DNA of 62,373 nt, the filler included, from Platydemus manokwari (Eukaryota): assembly GCA_037951405.1 (NCBI GenBank). It is 6 parts of 6 records of this genome, joined end to end, with 100 filler letters (N's around TTAATTAATTAA, not from the genome) between each part and the next. Parts side by side here need not be neighbours in the genome. Positions count along the whole stretch, not along the records: positions 34,512 to 44,482 come from JBBMOY011183544.1; positions 44,583 to 53,326 come from JBBMOY011356871.1; 4 more parts are not named here. One strand, written 5' to 3'. Numbering within the stretch: the stretch's first letter is position 1; every line of letters starts with the position of its first letter. Shown piece by piece: positions 40,232 to 53,097 of this stretch. A program made the translations under genes and the position numbers. A model generated the notes under the pieces. That model searched no databases, was not told the DNA's origin, and saw nothing but the letters and a program-made list of their open reading frames with translations.

Positions 40232-43200
40232 ATGGGTGAATCAGTTAATGAAAATTTAGAAACTTTTGCATCCCTTAAAAAGAATAAAAAACATCGAATA
40301 TTATCAATTTTATCATCTGACAGTGCTACTACAAATCGTTTAAAAGTTCTTTCAATGAGCAGATTTGGATTAGTTGATAATATTGTACGAAAAGAAGCTT
40401 GGTTATTTATTCACAACATCGATGTTAAAACTCAAAACATTCGTGTTGGTATGACGGTGCATTTTATCCTAATAATTTTATCACCAATTTAGACGAATCA
40501 GTTATTTCCAGTCATAAAGAATATCATCAGGTTTTGATGGATGTAAATAGGTCACTGAAGCGCTTTCCACCTGGTATGGATGAAGTTGTTCGAATGGCAA
40601 TGCAGGATCAATTGGTTAATTTAATAATACGTGTTCTCATACACAACAAATCTCTACATTATTATCAAGTATGTATTGTTAAACATCTTTCAAGATAAAT
40701 TCCCAAAATAAACAGGGCTTTCACGATGTTTGTGTAACGTTTCTACTAGTTTTAACTGAAGATGAAGCATTTTGTTTGATATCCAAATTGGCTAACAGTC
40801 ACTTCATGTTGGTGAAATCGTGATTATCTCAAAATTTATCCACTAATTATCACAGAGACTTCATGGCCCAAACAATGGAGCCAACGACACAATTGTTGTA
40901 CTTGATTTACGCAATTGTTGAACTGGAAAATCCGTCAATTATCAATACTCTGCGGCAAGTTTCCGTTGAACCATTTTTTGCTCTGCCTTGGGTGATAACA
41001 TGGTTTGGTCATGTTTTAGGTGATTTGACTCGAATATTGAGAGTTTATGATTTCTTCGTGGCCAGCGATCCGATTATGCCAATGTATTTGTCAGCTGCTG
41101 TGAGTGATTTATTGATTTATTTCTAATTATGACTCATTGATATTGTAATGCCATGGTGATATCTGAAAGGAATTGGATATTGATTTGCGATATTATTGGT
41201 TGGTTTCGAATTGCTTTATAGACACATTTTAGGTTTCTGATTGGATGATTTAAGCTTATGATAAATTTTTTTGGTAGACTAGATTAATCAAATAGTCAAG
41301 ATTAATCATTAAATTTGGCCAATATGGTTTTATCTTTTTGATATATCAGGTCATAAGAATACTATATATTTGCTTTGATAATTGTGACAATCCTGTTTAT
41401 TCTTTCTCAATTCCTAGAGTTCAGATGAATATGTACAAGTTTTCATCTATAGTGGGATCATTCGTAGCGTTTTAGAGTAGATGATTATCTAGTTATTTGG
41501 ATAAGAATGGAATCCCTCGGTTAATGAATGCGGAAATGCTAACGAACTAATAAAATTCTTCACATTAATTAACACTTGATTTATTCATTTGGGAATATTA
41601 TATAATACATTATGTAATAATTATAATTAATTAATCATTACATTAATTAATTATTCATTAACTTGACAATAATGTTTACTCGACTGGTTATCATATTAAT
41701 TATTAATCAAAATTAATTAATTACTAAAAGCTATTAATAGCAAGAATTAATTAATATTTATAATAAAAAATTATGTTATTAATTAAAAAATCAATTAATT
41801 ATAATAAAGAAATAATTATATTAGTTATAAAATATTTATTATTACCACATTTTATGAAAATGAGTTTATAATAATTTATTAATTATTAATTAAAAATAAA
41901 TTAATTTATTATTAATAATATTTAAATATTATGAATTATAGCTTGTAATTATTTCATTAATTATTAAATTATTATAATAATAAATAAATTATATTAATAA
42001 TGTTAATATTGATTGATAATAATTATTAGTTATAAATCTCTGCTTGTTATACACAAGCCGCCAATATAGCACATTCATTATTATTGTGATCATATTATAT
42101 CAATTTATATCCAATATCGGCTAAAGTTAAGAAAAGGTGTTCTAAAATAAAATTGTAAATTTGTTGAGTGTATTGAAACAATCTATATAGTTTATTTAAT
42201 TATATTCTTGAAAACATTTTGATTTTTTTTATTTAAGTGCTTGAGAAACATTTTAGTTGTTTGAAATCAAATATTAAATACATTACAGCTCTTAAATTTG
42301 ATTATTTGAAAAAGGGGTCAATATAGGTCGAATTGCAATTTATTAAAAATTAGCAAGGACGCTTTTTTAACATGAGAAGCAAATTGAGATATATTCTCAA
42401 TTTTTACAATTATTTGATAAAAAATAACCAATGATATTATTATACAAATCTGTAATTAACTAACTCGATTTATAATTAATAGTAGAAATTTAAATTTAAA
42501 GACTCAAATAATCATATATATAAATGTTGTGATTAGAATCGGAACTTGATTTTAAAACTATGTTTTGTCCCTAGTAGACATCCTAAATAGTTGGGTATTA
42601 ACTGAATTATACGAATAAATCAAAAATAGCAGTGATATATAAAATTAAGTTATAAAATTATCTCATACTCGAAGATTCGTTATAACGAAAGTAGGTCAAA
42701 CAATCCCTTCTGTTAACTTAAGCCATATATTATCAGTACTTTCAAATAATTCAAAACCCATAATAATAAATAATACAACATTATAAGCAATCGTTGAAAT
42801 AATATGATGAATGATTCAGAGATAAGTCGACAAGAAGGTGCTTCCTTTAAAATTCTTATCTTACTATCAAAAATAAAATCCATCTTTAATTTAAAAACAG
42901 CGCTTGTTAAAATCTCTGAAACAATTTTCGTCAATTATTGATATCTATTGTGAAATGATGCCCATAACCGGCACGGAATGATGGAGCGTAATTATAAAAA
43001 TATCATTTATATACGATATGATGAAAGCTCAATCTTCAGATAATTATTTAATGTCATCATATTATCCAGATTGTTCTTCATCGACGAGAGGAGATTGCTT
43101 CCACCGAGGCGGATTTTGCACAACTTCATCACATGTTGACGAGTTTGCCAACCAATCTTCCAATTGAAAATCTTATTTCTGACACGATGGATCTTTATTT

Positions 43201-43486
43201 GAAGCATCCGCCTGATCAAATCGTTGTCTGTCAAAAACTTCCTCGTCAGATAAATCTTCGATTGACTAATCTCGGTAGTGATATAATCCGTCGCAGAAAG
43301 GGTCCAATCGGTGATTCGATCGATACAAGGACTCGTTCCCATTATCGTCAGTCGTGGCCATCTATTTCATTCCTCAGCCTTGCCACATCACTCAGATCTG
43401 ATTGGCCAAAGAAGATGATTGTCGTAGCTATTTTGGTAGTTCTCTTGTCAATATTGATCAGATACATTTCTATTTATCTGACATGA
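40232..43486 (+). CDS. tbc1d20: TBC1 domain family member 20 (Rab1/Rab18 GAP); exons 40232-40448, 40493-40668, 40716-40807, 40856-41099, 43070-43486
   Basis: Spliced product contains QVLMDVNRSLKRFPPGM (Arg finger), LHYYQGFHDVCVTFLL (Gln finger), PFFALPWVITWFGHVL, RVYDFFVASDPIMPMYLSAAIVLHRREEI and a C-terminal transmembrane anchor MIVVAILVVLLSILI. Confidence 0.95.
42119..42724. mobile_element. Merlin-like MITE, copy 3, in the last TBC1D20 intron
   Basis: Colinear with 29279-29862; TIRs GGCTAAAGTTAAGAAAAGG and CCCTTCTGTTAACTTAAGCC; TSD not preserved. Confidence 0.85.
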
Positions 43487-44761
43487 AATGGAATTGTTAC
43501 AGAACTTTATGGATTTTTCTGTGATGATTTTGTGCTTCGAGATGAGGGCTGTTCGATTTTTCGTCGGAAAATTTTTGAAAATTTATCATATAAATTGTTG
43601 AAATTATTTGTGAAAATCATTACTATTGATCTTTTGTTTGTTTGTTTGTCATCGAATATTATGATTGGATGTTTGGATTTGTGTGTTGCTATGGGTGAAC
43701 AATTGGTTGGAATTAGATTATTGATTTTGCAATGTCAGTGTTTGTGGGATTGAATTTGGTGGATTTATTTTTATATCAACTAAATCAATAGTTGTTGGGT
43801 GCTTGAAATTGGGTTGTGTCGCGTTGTCATAAATGTGTATGAGATTTGATTGCAAATTAGAAATGCCAATTGAGTAACACAAATGAAATGAATTCATTGT
43901 GCTGTCAATAACGCAGACAATATACCTAATTAATATTTGCTCTCAAATCTATAACAAGTCATTGCCCAGTTTTTCCCACGAAATTAATTATTATTATGAA
44001 GTAGAAGTTAAAAAAACAAAAGAAAATAATTTCAATAACTGAAACAAGATAAGTTTTCCAAAGAAAGTTAAAAAAAATCTGTCTATGTGCAAAAGTTCAG
44101 TTCATGTTACCTATTTAATTTCTTGAATGATGCTTACAAATAGATATCAAATTCAACTCAACAAATTATCTGGATAGAAACGATTTAATTATTTCATTAA
44201 ATGAATATGTAAGTTATATTTCTATGAGAGAGTAAATCTGGAAACAAGCCTTATTTATATTAATAATAAAAATTATTTGAAGCACAATATTCAAGCCAAT
44301 TATTCATTATTTTACTCATTTTTCCAATCCTAATTTGAGAGACTTTCAATCCAATATTTGACATGAAATAATAAATATTTGGTTGAAAAACTATCAAACT
44401 TCATACAATTTAAACCAAAACAATAACCACGTGTTCTATTGGAATATAGAAAATAAAAATTTAAATAAAATAATAGGTATATNNNNNNNNNNNNNNNNNN
44501 NNNNNNNNNNNNNNNNNNNNNNNNNNTTAATTAATTAANNNNNNNNNNNNNNNNNNNNNNNNNNNNNNNNNNNNNNNNNNNNAAATTTTTTTCTAAAACA
44601 CAAATATTTATTTTTGTGTCTTTATTACACCTTATTTCTATTGAAATCTAAAACTTGAATAAATATTCCACTAAGTTTTTCGTAAAAAATTTATTTAATA
44701 TGAGCTTAAATTATTATATAATTTTTTAAATTATTCTCATCTAAAAGATCAACGCGTTTTA

Positions 44762-47700
44762 ATGACTCCTCTGTCTGATGATCAAAGGAAATCGGTTATT
44801 GACAAGCTCACAAAAAAAGGATTGCAACCTCAACATGAGTGGAATAAAGTAAGATACATTTATATTTCCTGGAGCCTTCTTAGTTAATTTACAGCACAAG
44901 TTTGAAGCACCTTTACCGAAAAAACCGGATGAAATTGATAGAAAAAAGGTCACGTTTAAAAGTCATTCAAGGAACAGCGTGTATTTTGATTCAACAGCTA
45001 GATTAATGGAAGGTTTTCCAATACTCAATTTTATTACTCCTCTTTAAAAATGTTCTTTTTGAATAGAATTATTATCTTCAGCTCCTAGTAGTCCAACAAT
45101 GAGCGAAAGATCGAAATTTATACACCCAGGAACATTAAATATAAATATAGACGCTGGTCAAATGTCAGATGTAAGTCAATCAGCTCCTAGTAGTCCTAGT
45201 ATTGACGTCGGATATTATGACACAATTCCACTTCTACCTGAATGTAGAGACAATCAAAAAGAATTTTTCCATCCTACTAATGTTCCATTTAAGTCTTTCT
45301 TTCCTTTTTCGGAAAATGAACAAATTACTCAATTACCTCCTTACCCCGATGATCGATCAAGATTTGTCATAGGCTCTGAAGAACCATTAATCACATCTAC
45401 TGACCATGTTCACGTGAGAAGTAGCAGAGTGCAGTCTTTAGCGCATTTAATGGACAAGTTGCAAATAAAAGTAGGATTATTTGGAATTATCTCTTGACTA
45501 TATAAACTTGAATTTGAAGCATCTAATTCCAACTTTCAAAATCTACGGAATAAACGATCTTCGAGCATTCACCAAATTGACAGAAGGAATGCTAGATAGA
45601 ATGCAAATTACGAATACTGAAGTGAAAACGAAAATCATGACAGCATTAGAATTGTTATCTGAAACTGAAGGTGATTTTTAATTAAATAAAACGACAATAT
45701 AAAAACTATTTTAGACAGCCCAGGCGAAGAAGCAAGTAACAAACCGAAGGAAATCGAGTTTATATTTATCCTTCCTTGTAATGTAACAATGTTAATGTGT
45801 TGTTTTAGAAACGCCATACAAGCGAATATGTCAAATTTAAAATTCCTACCGGACGCCAGTGAGCCAAATAATCAAATGACCCAGTCTGTTACACGTAAGC
45901 CGAATGCTTATCATTTAAGCAGATCTCACAAATTATCTAAAGAAATGAAAAGTAAGTGATTTCATCTGTAAATGATAAATAAACATAGAAAATGCTTTTC
46001 ATTATAACTAAATTTAATTTAAATGACGGGCAAACTTGTTTTGAAGTGCAAGAATTCGACATGATCACCATTCTTATTGGAATGTTAAAATAAAATCTAA
46101 TATATTAGTGAAATCATTTTACATTACCGTTTGCCACGTAAGTAACACACTAAATTCATTGATACATAACTTGTTCCTATATAAAACATAAATTTCAACT
46201 TAAATGTTCCTGACACCTAAATAACCTCGCAATTTTCTTTTTCATTCTATTTGCTTCAAACTCTGCCCTGTCAATCTTTATGTTTATCTAAGATGAAATA
46301 CTGTTAAATTGACTGGCAGAAGTCGTGGAATAGTATCCTCTGTATTATTAATATTTTTATCAATAAATAAACACGTATTGTCTTAAATATTTCTAAAAAA
46401 TAGTGATGGTAGTAAATTAAATAATAATTAATATTTCTAATAGCAATTTTACGTGTTACATTCTATATGTCGGGAACTACCAACAATGATACTTTTAGAA
46501 TGAAAAATGATAATAATTAAAATAATAATTGTTCTCATATAACAATTTGTGCATACAATTTTAATAATATTTACACTTAAAATAACGAAAGCTTTTGAAA
46601 TTATTTAACATAATTTTCTTCGACACTAAAATTCACGGTGTTTAAATTTGTCCTTGTGGGAACAAATTCGAAATTGGGGTATTTACATGTGACATTTAAT
46701 TTGTGTTCATTATTCAATTGATAAAAATTCAATTTTATCACTGATAAAAACATTACAAATAACTCTATACCATTAATTTTTCATAATTTTCAATACCAGT
46801 GTGAATATGAAATTTTTTCTTCCCTTTTTTATGATTTTGATTTTTTGGCACAAAACGATTTACTAACTTGATAAAAAAATTTAATCTAATCCCATCATCT
46901 GATTTAAATTCATATCAAAAAACGAAAAATTGTTAATAGAGGAAATGTTTCATAAATTGGTGTGATGTTTTGCATACCATTTTTAATATCACTCAAATTG
47001 AGCGATAAGAAATCAGCACTGATGCTAATTAATAATAAAATGAAGTTTAGAACCATCGGACACAAGTTAAATATTCTGCGTGATCGGGTTTTTGTAAATT
47101 TCATTTTCAATTCAACTTTAGTATTAGAAAAGCATAATAATGCGATTATTATCTGTTTTAAAATGGTCACATAAGTATTTGATTTTTTAAATAAAGAATC
47201 ACTCTCTTTAAAAATGAAATGAGTGATATCAAGTATGTTTATATTACCTTAAATGTCTTAGATTATATAATGTAGATTTTCTATAGAGATTAAAACCTCA
47301 CATCACATCATGTTTAAATAAAGATTTTCTCAACGCATTCATCTTATTTTAATTGCTACTGGTTGAAGTGTGTAATATGTTTAAGATTAATACAACATTT
47401 ATTATGAGCAGAATGCATGTTAATAACGAGACTACTTATAGATTTATTTGAAATCAATATTCTAGCTTCTCAAGAAATATTAAAGAAGAATAGAAATATT
47501 TTAAATATCAGTGTCAAGATTAGTTTAAATGAGATGCAACCACAAATATTAACAAGGAGTTTTGACTAATTATATTATAACAATGAATCAGAACAATGGA
47601 ACGCATTCTTGATTTATAAATAATTTATCAAATAATAAATGGATTTATTAAGAAAAAACAGTTTATAAATCTACTCATTTCATTGTCAGGAATTTTTCAA

Positions 47701-48807
47701 TAGAATTTAGATCAATTTTGTTCATTTAATATGGGTCTGAGATCCCAGTTTTCTGAAATCTTATTTGTACTTTTATTCGTTTTCGATTGAATCATGATTT
47801 ATAATTTTGTAAATGGATTTTAAAAAACGGTTTACACAAGAATCATGAAAAGATTTTCAAAACTGTTAAAAGTGTAAAAAGAAATGTTAGAAAAAGTTTC
47901 TTTATTAAACTCTATTACTTGTTTAAAGGTTGTCAGAGTAACAAAGTTGTTCCTACTCCTCCATATCGAACGACAAGTGGTCATAGGAAGCACCAGTCGT
48001 CGAAAAGAGCTGGATCCAGTTCTCAGAAAAATCGATCATATCAATCACAGAATTCTGACCTACCTCATTGTAAGGAAACGACCATCATCCATCAGCATAT
48101 TCATCATCACCATCATGTAGGCAGCTCTGGATTTTTAGGACCGGCTCAGTTACAATGGAAGATTCCAGATCCTAGGGAATCTGAAAAGACACGATTATCT
48201 GTAGAAAGAAAGTTACAATCAGAACAAATTGATTTGACCGATATTCCATATTCAGATCAGGTTAACTGAAACTATTTCAATGCGTGATGATAAATACATT
48301 TAGAATGGCAACTCGGGAATACCTTTGCGTTTGATAGAAAGATATGCGTATGAATTAGATCGAGATATCCGTGACGTTGCTCTTGCGATGGAAACAAGTA
48401 GAAGTGATAAATTGTTGGAATGCAATCGAAATGTGGTATTTTTAATTGAATTCATGGAGATTCTTCTTATGAATTTATAGCGTTCAAATATGGATGCGAT
48501 TTTGTCTGATCAATTTCTTAATTGTGATGGCATTAAAACAGATAGCCTTGAAAGTTTCCTCACCTCAATTGGATTGCCGATGTATAGAGGAAAAATTAAA
48601 CCAAAATGTAGGAATCTCCAAACCTTTCTTTTATATTCCGACGAAGCCCTGATACGAAATTTCAGTATTCACCCGTCTCACGTTCGGTGGATTAGACGAG
48701 AAGCTTCTTTCTTTCCAATCGGATTTTTGAGTCAGATTTCTCATGTTCCGCCACAGCGATTTAGAACAACGTCGGACGCTAAATACTTTGCTCTTGATAG
48801 AGTTTAA
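44762..48807 (+). CDS. SASH1/SLy-family SAM-domain adaptor; exons ~44762-44848, 44895-45012, 45067-45470, 45520-45670, 45715-45757, 45809-45951, 47929-48260, 48304-48435, 48481-48807 (true start may lie upstream across the gap)
   Basis: Phase-consistent GT-AG model. SAM1 SLAHLMDKLQIKHLIPTFKIYGINDLRAFTKLTEGMLDRMQITNTEVKTKIMTALELL. SASH1-type block EQIDLTDIPYSDQNGNSGIPLRLIERYAYELD, followed by SAM2 SLESFLTSIGLPMY. Confidence 0.85.
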
Positions 48808-50376
48808 AATCTTTTTATCATTTTTTCTATAATCGTGTGTATGTGACTCTTGTTGGTGATATGATTGAATGTATTTGATTTAATGTAGATTTGATGTATA
48901 AATTCTATTCATAGAGAAATATACTTTGGTATTAATTCAGGATTTAAATTTTTCTTCATAACTGTTTTGAATATTAGACCAAGAAATTAAGATTTTACTT
49001 TCGACATGTCAATTAAATATATACCTACAATAATAATAAAAGAAAGAAATGCCAATTTAGTTTAATAATATAACAATGGTTAACGATATTTTTAGAATAT
49101 TACTGCTAAATCGTCACAATTTAGTATTAAACTTCAGATGCTTATTTTAAAATATTAAATAGAGGATATTCATCAATTACTGATGACTCGGTAAAAATTG
49201 ATAATAATATAACTGCAATTGTAAACATTATTCTAAATTTAGTTTGTTGGAATTATATCATTCTCAAAACTTGGATTAAAATTTTGAATTATTGTTGTTA
49301 CCAATATATTGATTGTAATTATTTATTTGCTGTTGTTTATTTAATCTGAAGGTTTCATTCAGTCTTTGAGACCCTGACAAATTTTATTTGATATGTTTTT
49401 AACAGAAATTTTATAAGAGCATAGTTTATAAATAGAGGAAGTAATAAAACAAAAAATAATGGAAAAATATTTTTCGTTTATAAAATTTATTATTATTATT
49501 AATGATAATCATGAGTTGCATAGTATGCATATGCAATATTAATATGGCCATACAAGTAGAAGGCTATAAAAATTAAATTATTTATTCAATAATTTATTCA
49601 TATGCCATTATTCAACTGTTATCATGGAAACATAGATTCTCTCTTTTATAGTCTAAATTTTTTAATGACTTGGTGTTTTTGAATCGATTTGATTTATGAT
49701 TTGCTTATTTTTTTGTATTCTTTTAATTAAGTATTGATCAATAAAGTTTTATGAGTGTTGATTGTAATGCAGATATAATCACGAAATCCTTACATAAGGC
49801 ATTGGGCCAAAACGTTGCTGCCATTATAACGATTTAAGTGTGGTTTGTGAAATTCCGTAGTGATGTTATGTATTTCATTCCTCTTAAATAATTACTCGAT
49901 GAAAAGATATAAATTTCAGATTTAATGTTTTGGTTATTGTTCTGTTATTGGTAAATTGTTGGAATCGAAAATAAATCTAAATTTGATATCGAAATAATGT
50001 TGAGAATTTATACCAAGAATAATAATGAAACTTATTAAATCAAATAGTTAAATAGATAGATAGATGGATATATAGATGGATATATAGATAGAGACAATTT
50101 GATCACTATAAAATTTCTTCATAATGAGAAAGTAGTATTAATCGTACAAGAATTACTATAATATTCGTCATATATTTATGGAATGCTTTCAAAGAGTACC
50201 ACATAAAACCCAGTAACCAATAAAATTTCAAATGTTGTAATGTTTTCATTCAGAAAAATAAAATAAAATTTTTTATTTGAAATTGACAAGTCATTACAAA
50301 ATACATAAATTAACAAATACAACAGAAATTATCCAACATGATATAATCACTTTAAAAGGGATGGTTTTAAAAATTT

Positions 50377-50804
50377 TCAGAATTTTGGTAAGTTGAACTC
50401 ATCAAGTCCAGTAATCGGAGTTCCAATTACTGAGCTGAAAATATTATTGTGACATGTGTAGCGTACAGGTTTCCATGGCGAGCCCCTTAGTCTTATTTCA
50501 CTTCCACTGAAAAATTTTATTTTCAAATGACTAATAAAATGACGAATTGGCTTCTCACAAACTCGAAAACGTATCTTTCCACACATCCCTATATCGACAT
50601 CATTGGAAATGTTGTAAATTCTATTTTCAACTCCATCAAAGATTCGAGGATGACTCTAATTCGTCACTTCTTTTACATGACCCTAAAATAAGAAATCACA
50701 TTAAGTGTGATAATCTTGAGAACTACTCCAGCATATTTTTTCAATAACCAACGTATTACTTCCGATGTAATATCAATACTATTATAATAATATTTCTGAT
50801 TATT
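50377..50804 (-). CDS. Tentative 3' end of an unidentified gene; exons 50804-50700, 50655-50632, 50588-50563, 50506-50377
   Basis: A phase-consistent GT-AG model with 44, 43 and 56 nt introns gives a stop-free NNQKYYYNSIDITSEVIRWLLKKYAGVVLKIITLN|SHPRIFDG|GCVERYVFD|GSEIRLRGSPWKPVRYTCHNNIFSSVIGTPITGLDEFNLPKF*. No family recognised. Confidence 0.4.
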
Positions 50805-52299
50805 CTAAATAGTGATAGTGTTAATAACACTATTCGATTCCAATGGGTAATGTAAAAATTATATTTGAATAATCGAATTATAAAACAGAATTGAATCAAA
50901 TGAAATATATTTCAAACAAAGAAGGTTAAAAATATTCAAATAGATTAATTGCGTACAAGCTGCTATATATTCAAGATTAAACAAAATAAATTTAGGATAT
51001 TAATTTGAATTCCCTAATTGATTTTAACTAGAAAAGTGCACTTATGATATTGAGTTTTTCTTTTCAAAATAAAATAAATAACCAAATCACGTATTGATTA
51101 CATGTGGTGGCTAAAGCAATGATTGTTGAATATCGAATAGTGCTCTTGATGAGAAAAATTGAATTTCAATCGAATAATGTAACTTTAATAGATAATCAGC
51201 AATAAGTTTCTCTAAGAATTATAATTGTCCAAATTTTTATAAATCTATAGTTTGTATAACATTATGTCGTGAAATTTATGTTCATATTTCTGATCAACCT
51301 TGATGTTAAAAAATGGAATAAAATAATACATGATATTGGACAGCACTAATCAAAAGTAATAATATTTTTAATAAATAATATTAACGCTATTTAAATTAAG
51401 TTAATTATCAAATTCCCCTAAAATTCGAAAAATTACCACTCTGAACATATTAGCAGTAGAGTGGCCGATCATAAAGAGATAGTATAAATATGGTTGACAA
51501 AACTATAAAGGAACGAGAAACGGGAAAAACAGACTATAGTAAAAACATTCAAAAAGTCGAGACACTTTCCTGTTTAATAAAAATTCTTTACATTATAAAA
51601 CTATTAAATTTTTCCTCACTCTTCAATCGTTTGAAATTGAATATTTACAAAATTTCGCAGATTTCACTTAAAAGAAAAAAATTTTTACAACCATATATTC
51701 ATTTACATTTAAGCAAACCCCACTTAAAAATTAACAAAACATAACTGCAATTCTTCACAAGAGTTTTCAAGATCTTTCTTAAGCTTCATATTAATTTGCT
51801 TGTATTAATAAATAACTTATTTTATTTCTAAGATAATTTACTCCATGTCTAATCTATACATAGTACCAACAAAAGTTATCGAGAAAATATAGTTAATAAT
51901 GAGTACACCTTAGTAAAATATTATATAGCATATATTCAATTTTAAAAAAGATTGCAGATGATGAAATTTTGTTAACAAAAAATATTTGCTTAGGCATAAA
52001 TTTTAACCCAAAATAGATCCCATGTCGTCACACATAATACAACCACAATTAATTACCATGAAAGATAGTAGATGTGTTAATAATAATTAATTAAATAATT
52101 AATAAATAACTATCAGATTACTAATAGCAAGATAACTTCAATCAAAGAGTGAAATAGTTATGATAGTAATGGATAACATCTGATGTGAAAAGACAAAAGA
52201 CAACGCAAATCATGAATAAGACACAACGATACATTAATAAAACACATCACGGTTTCACTCCAAAATAGAGCATGGTCGACTTCCTACTATGCCAGCAAG

Positions 52300-53097
52300 T
52301 CAAGTCATAAAGGCTACATCGCACGCAAGTGAGATGTGATCTGATGGAAGTCTGTTGTTATTGGTAGTATTAGTGTTGTTTGCAGTATAATATTCGCTGG
52401 AACATGGCAGCAAAACCTTACTGGGCTGCAACCCTTCTTCGGACATCCAAATATAGTCCTTACAAGGCTCATAGCTCTGAATCAACAAATGAATGAATTA
52501 TGAAACTGTAATAATCGAATGATCAATGATGTAATTTACCATGACTTTGAGGTAGGAGCTGCACGAATCTGTGAGTGGATGCTGAAAGCTGTGCCAAAGC
52601 AGATCGACAAGAGCCGAAAATTCGAGAGTATTTCCAACTGGTACTTTCCTAAGAGATTGCAATTCAGCGATAGACTGCTCGTCAGGATATCCGTCTCTAC
52701 AAATCTGATAAACAGGAGAATCGATATTGCTATTGAAATCTCCACAAAGAATCCAACATGGTGCTAAAAAATCACCATTTCGACCACTGTTATTATTGAT
52801 GAGATCGGATTTTATCTGGATATGAATTCAATAATATTTATTTATAAACTCATCAAAAATGCCCACTTGTGTTATCATTCGATGAATACGCCAAAACAAT
52901 CCAACCGCTTGAACGCATCTTAAATCGGCTTTCTCAATAGATGGACTTGAAAGATGTGTATTACCAACAATTAACAATCTTCCATCTTTAATTTGATTGT
53001 CTTTGAGAACAGTAACGATATATGAATCCGGTTCATCGAGATATTGCTTTATTGAAGCTAAAGTGGCGTCATCAAGTCCCGAATTTGATGGTATTTG
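52300..53097 (-). CDS. EEP-superfamily nuclease (CCR4/PDE12/Angel/nocturnin-like), last three exons 53097-52867, 52815-52540, 52476-52300; 5' part lost in the gap
   Basis: Motifs in the expected order: LLIVGNTHL, WILCGDFNS, DYIW, PSDHISLACDVAF. All three exons are phase 0 and GT-AG bounded. Confidence 0.9.

Noticed and set aside
51459-51485. AGTGGCC.ATCATAAA motif, also at ~59759, resembling a Tc1/mariner end
   Set aside because: No matching inverted partner or TA-flanked element could be defined.
52519-52767. ORFs 52519-52767 (+) and 52536-52745 (-)
   Set aside because: Wrong-frame or antisense readings of the EEP exon that encodes GDFNS.
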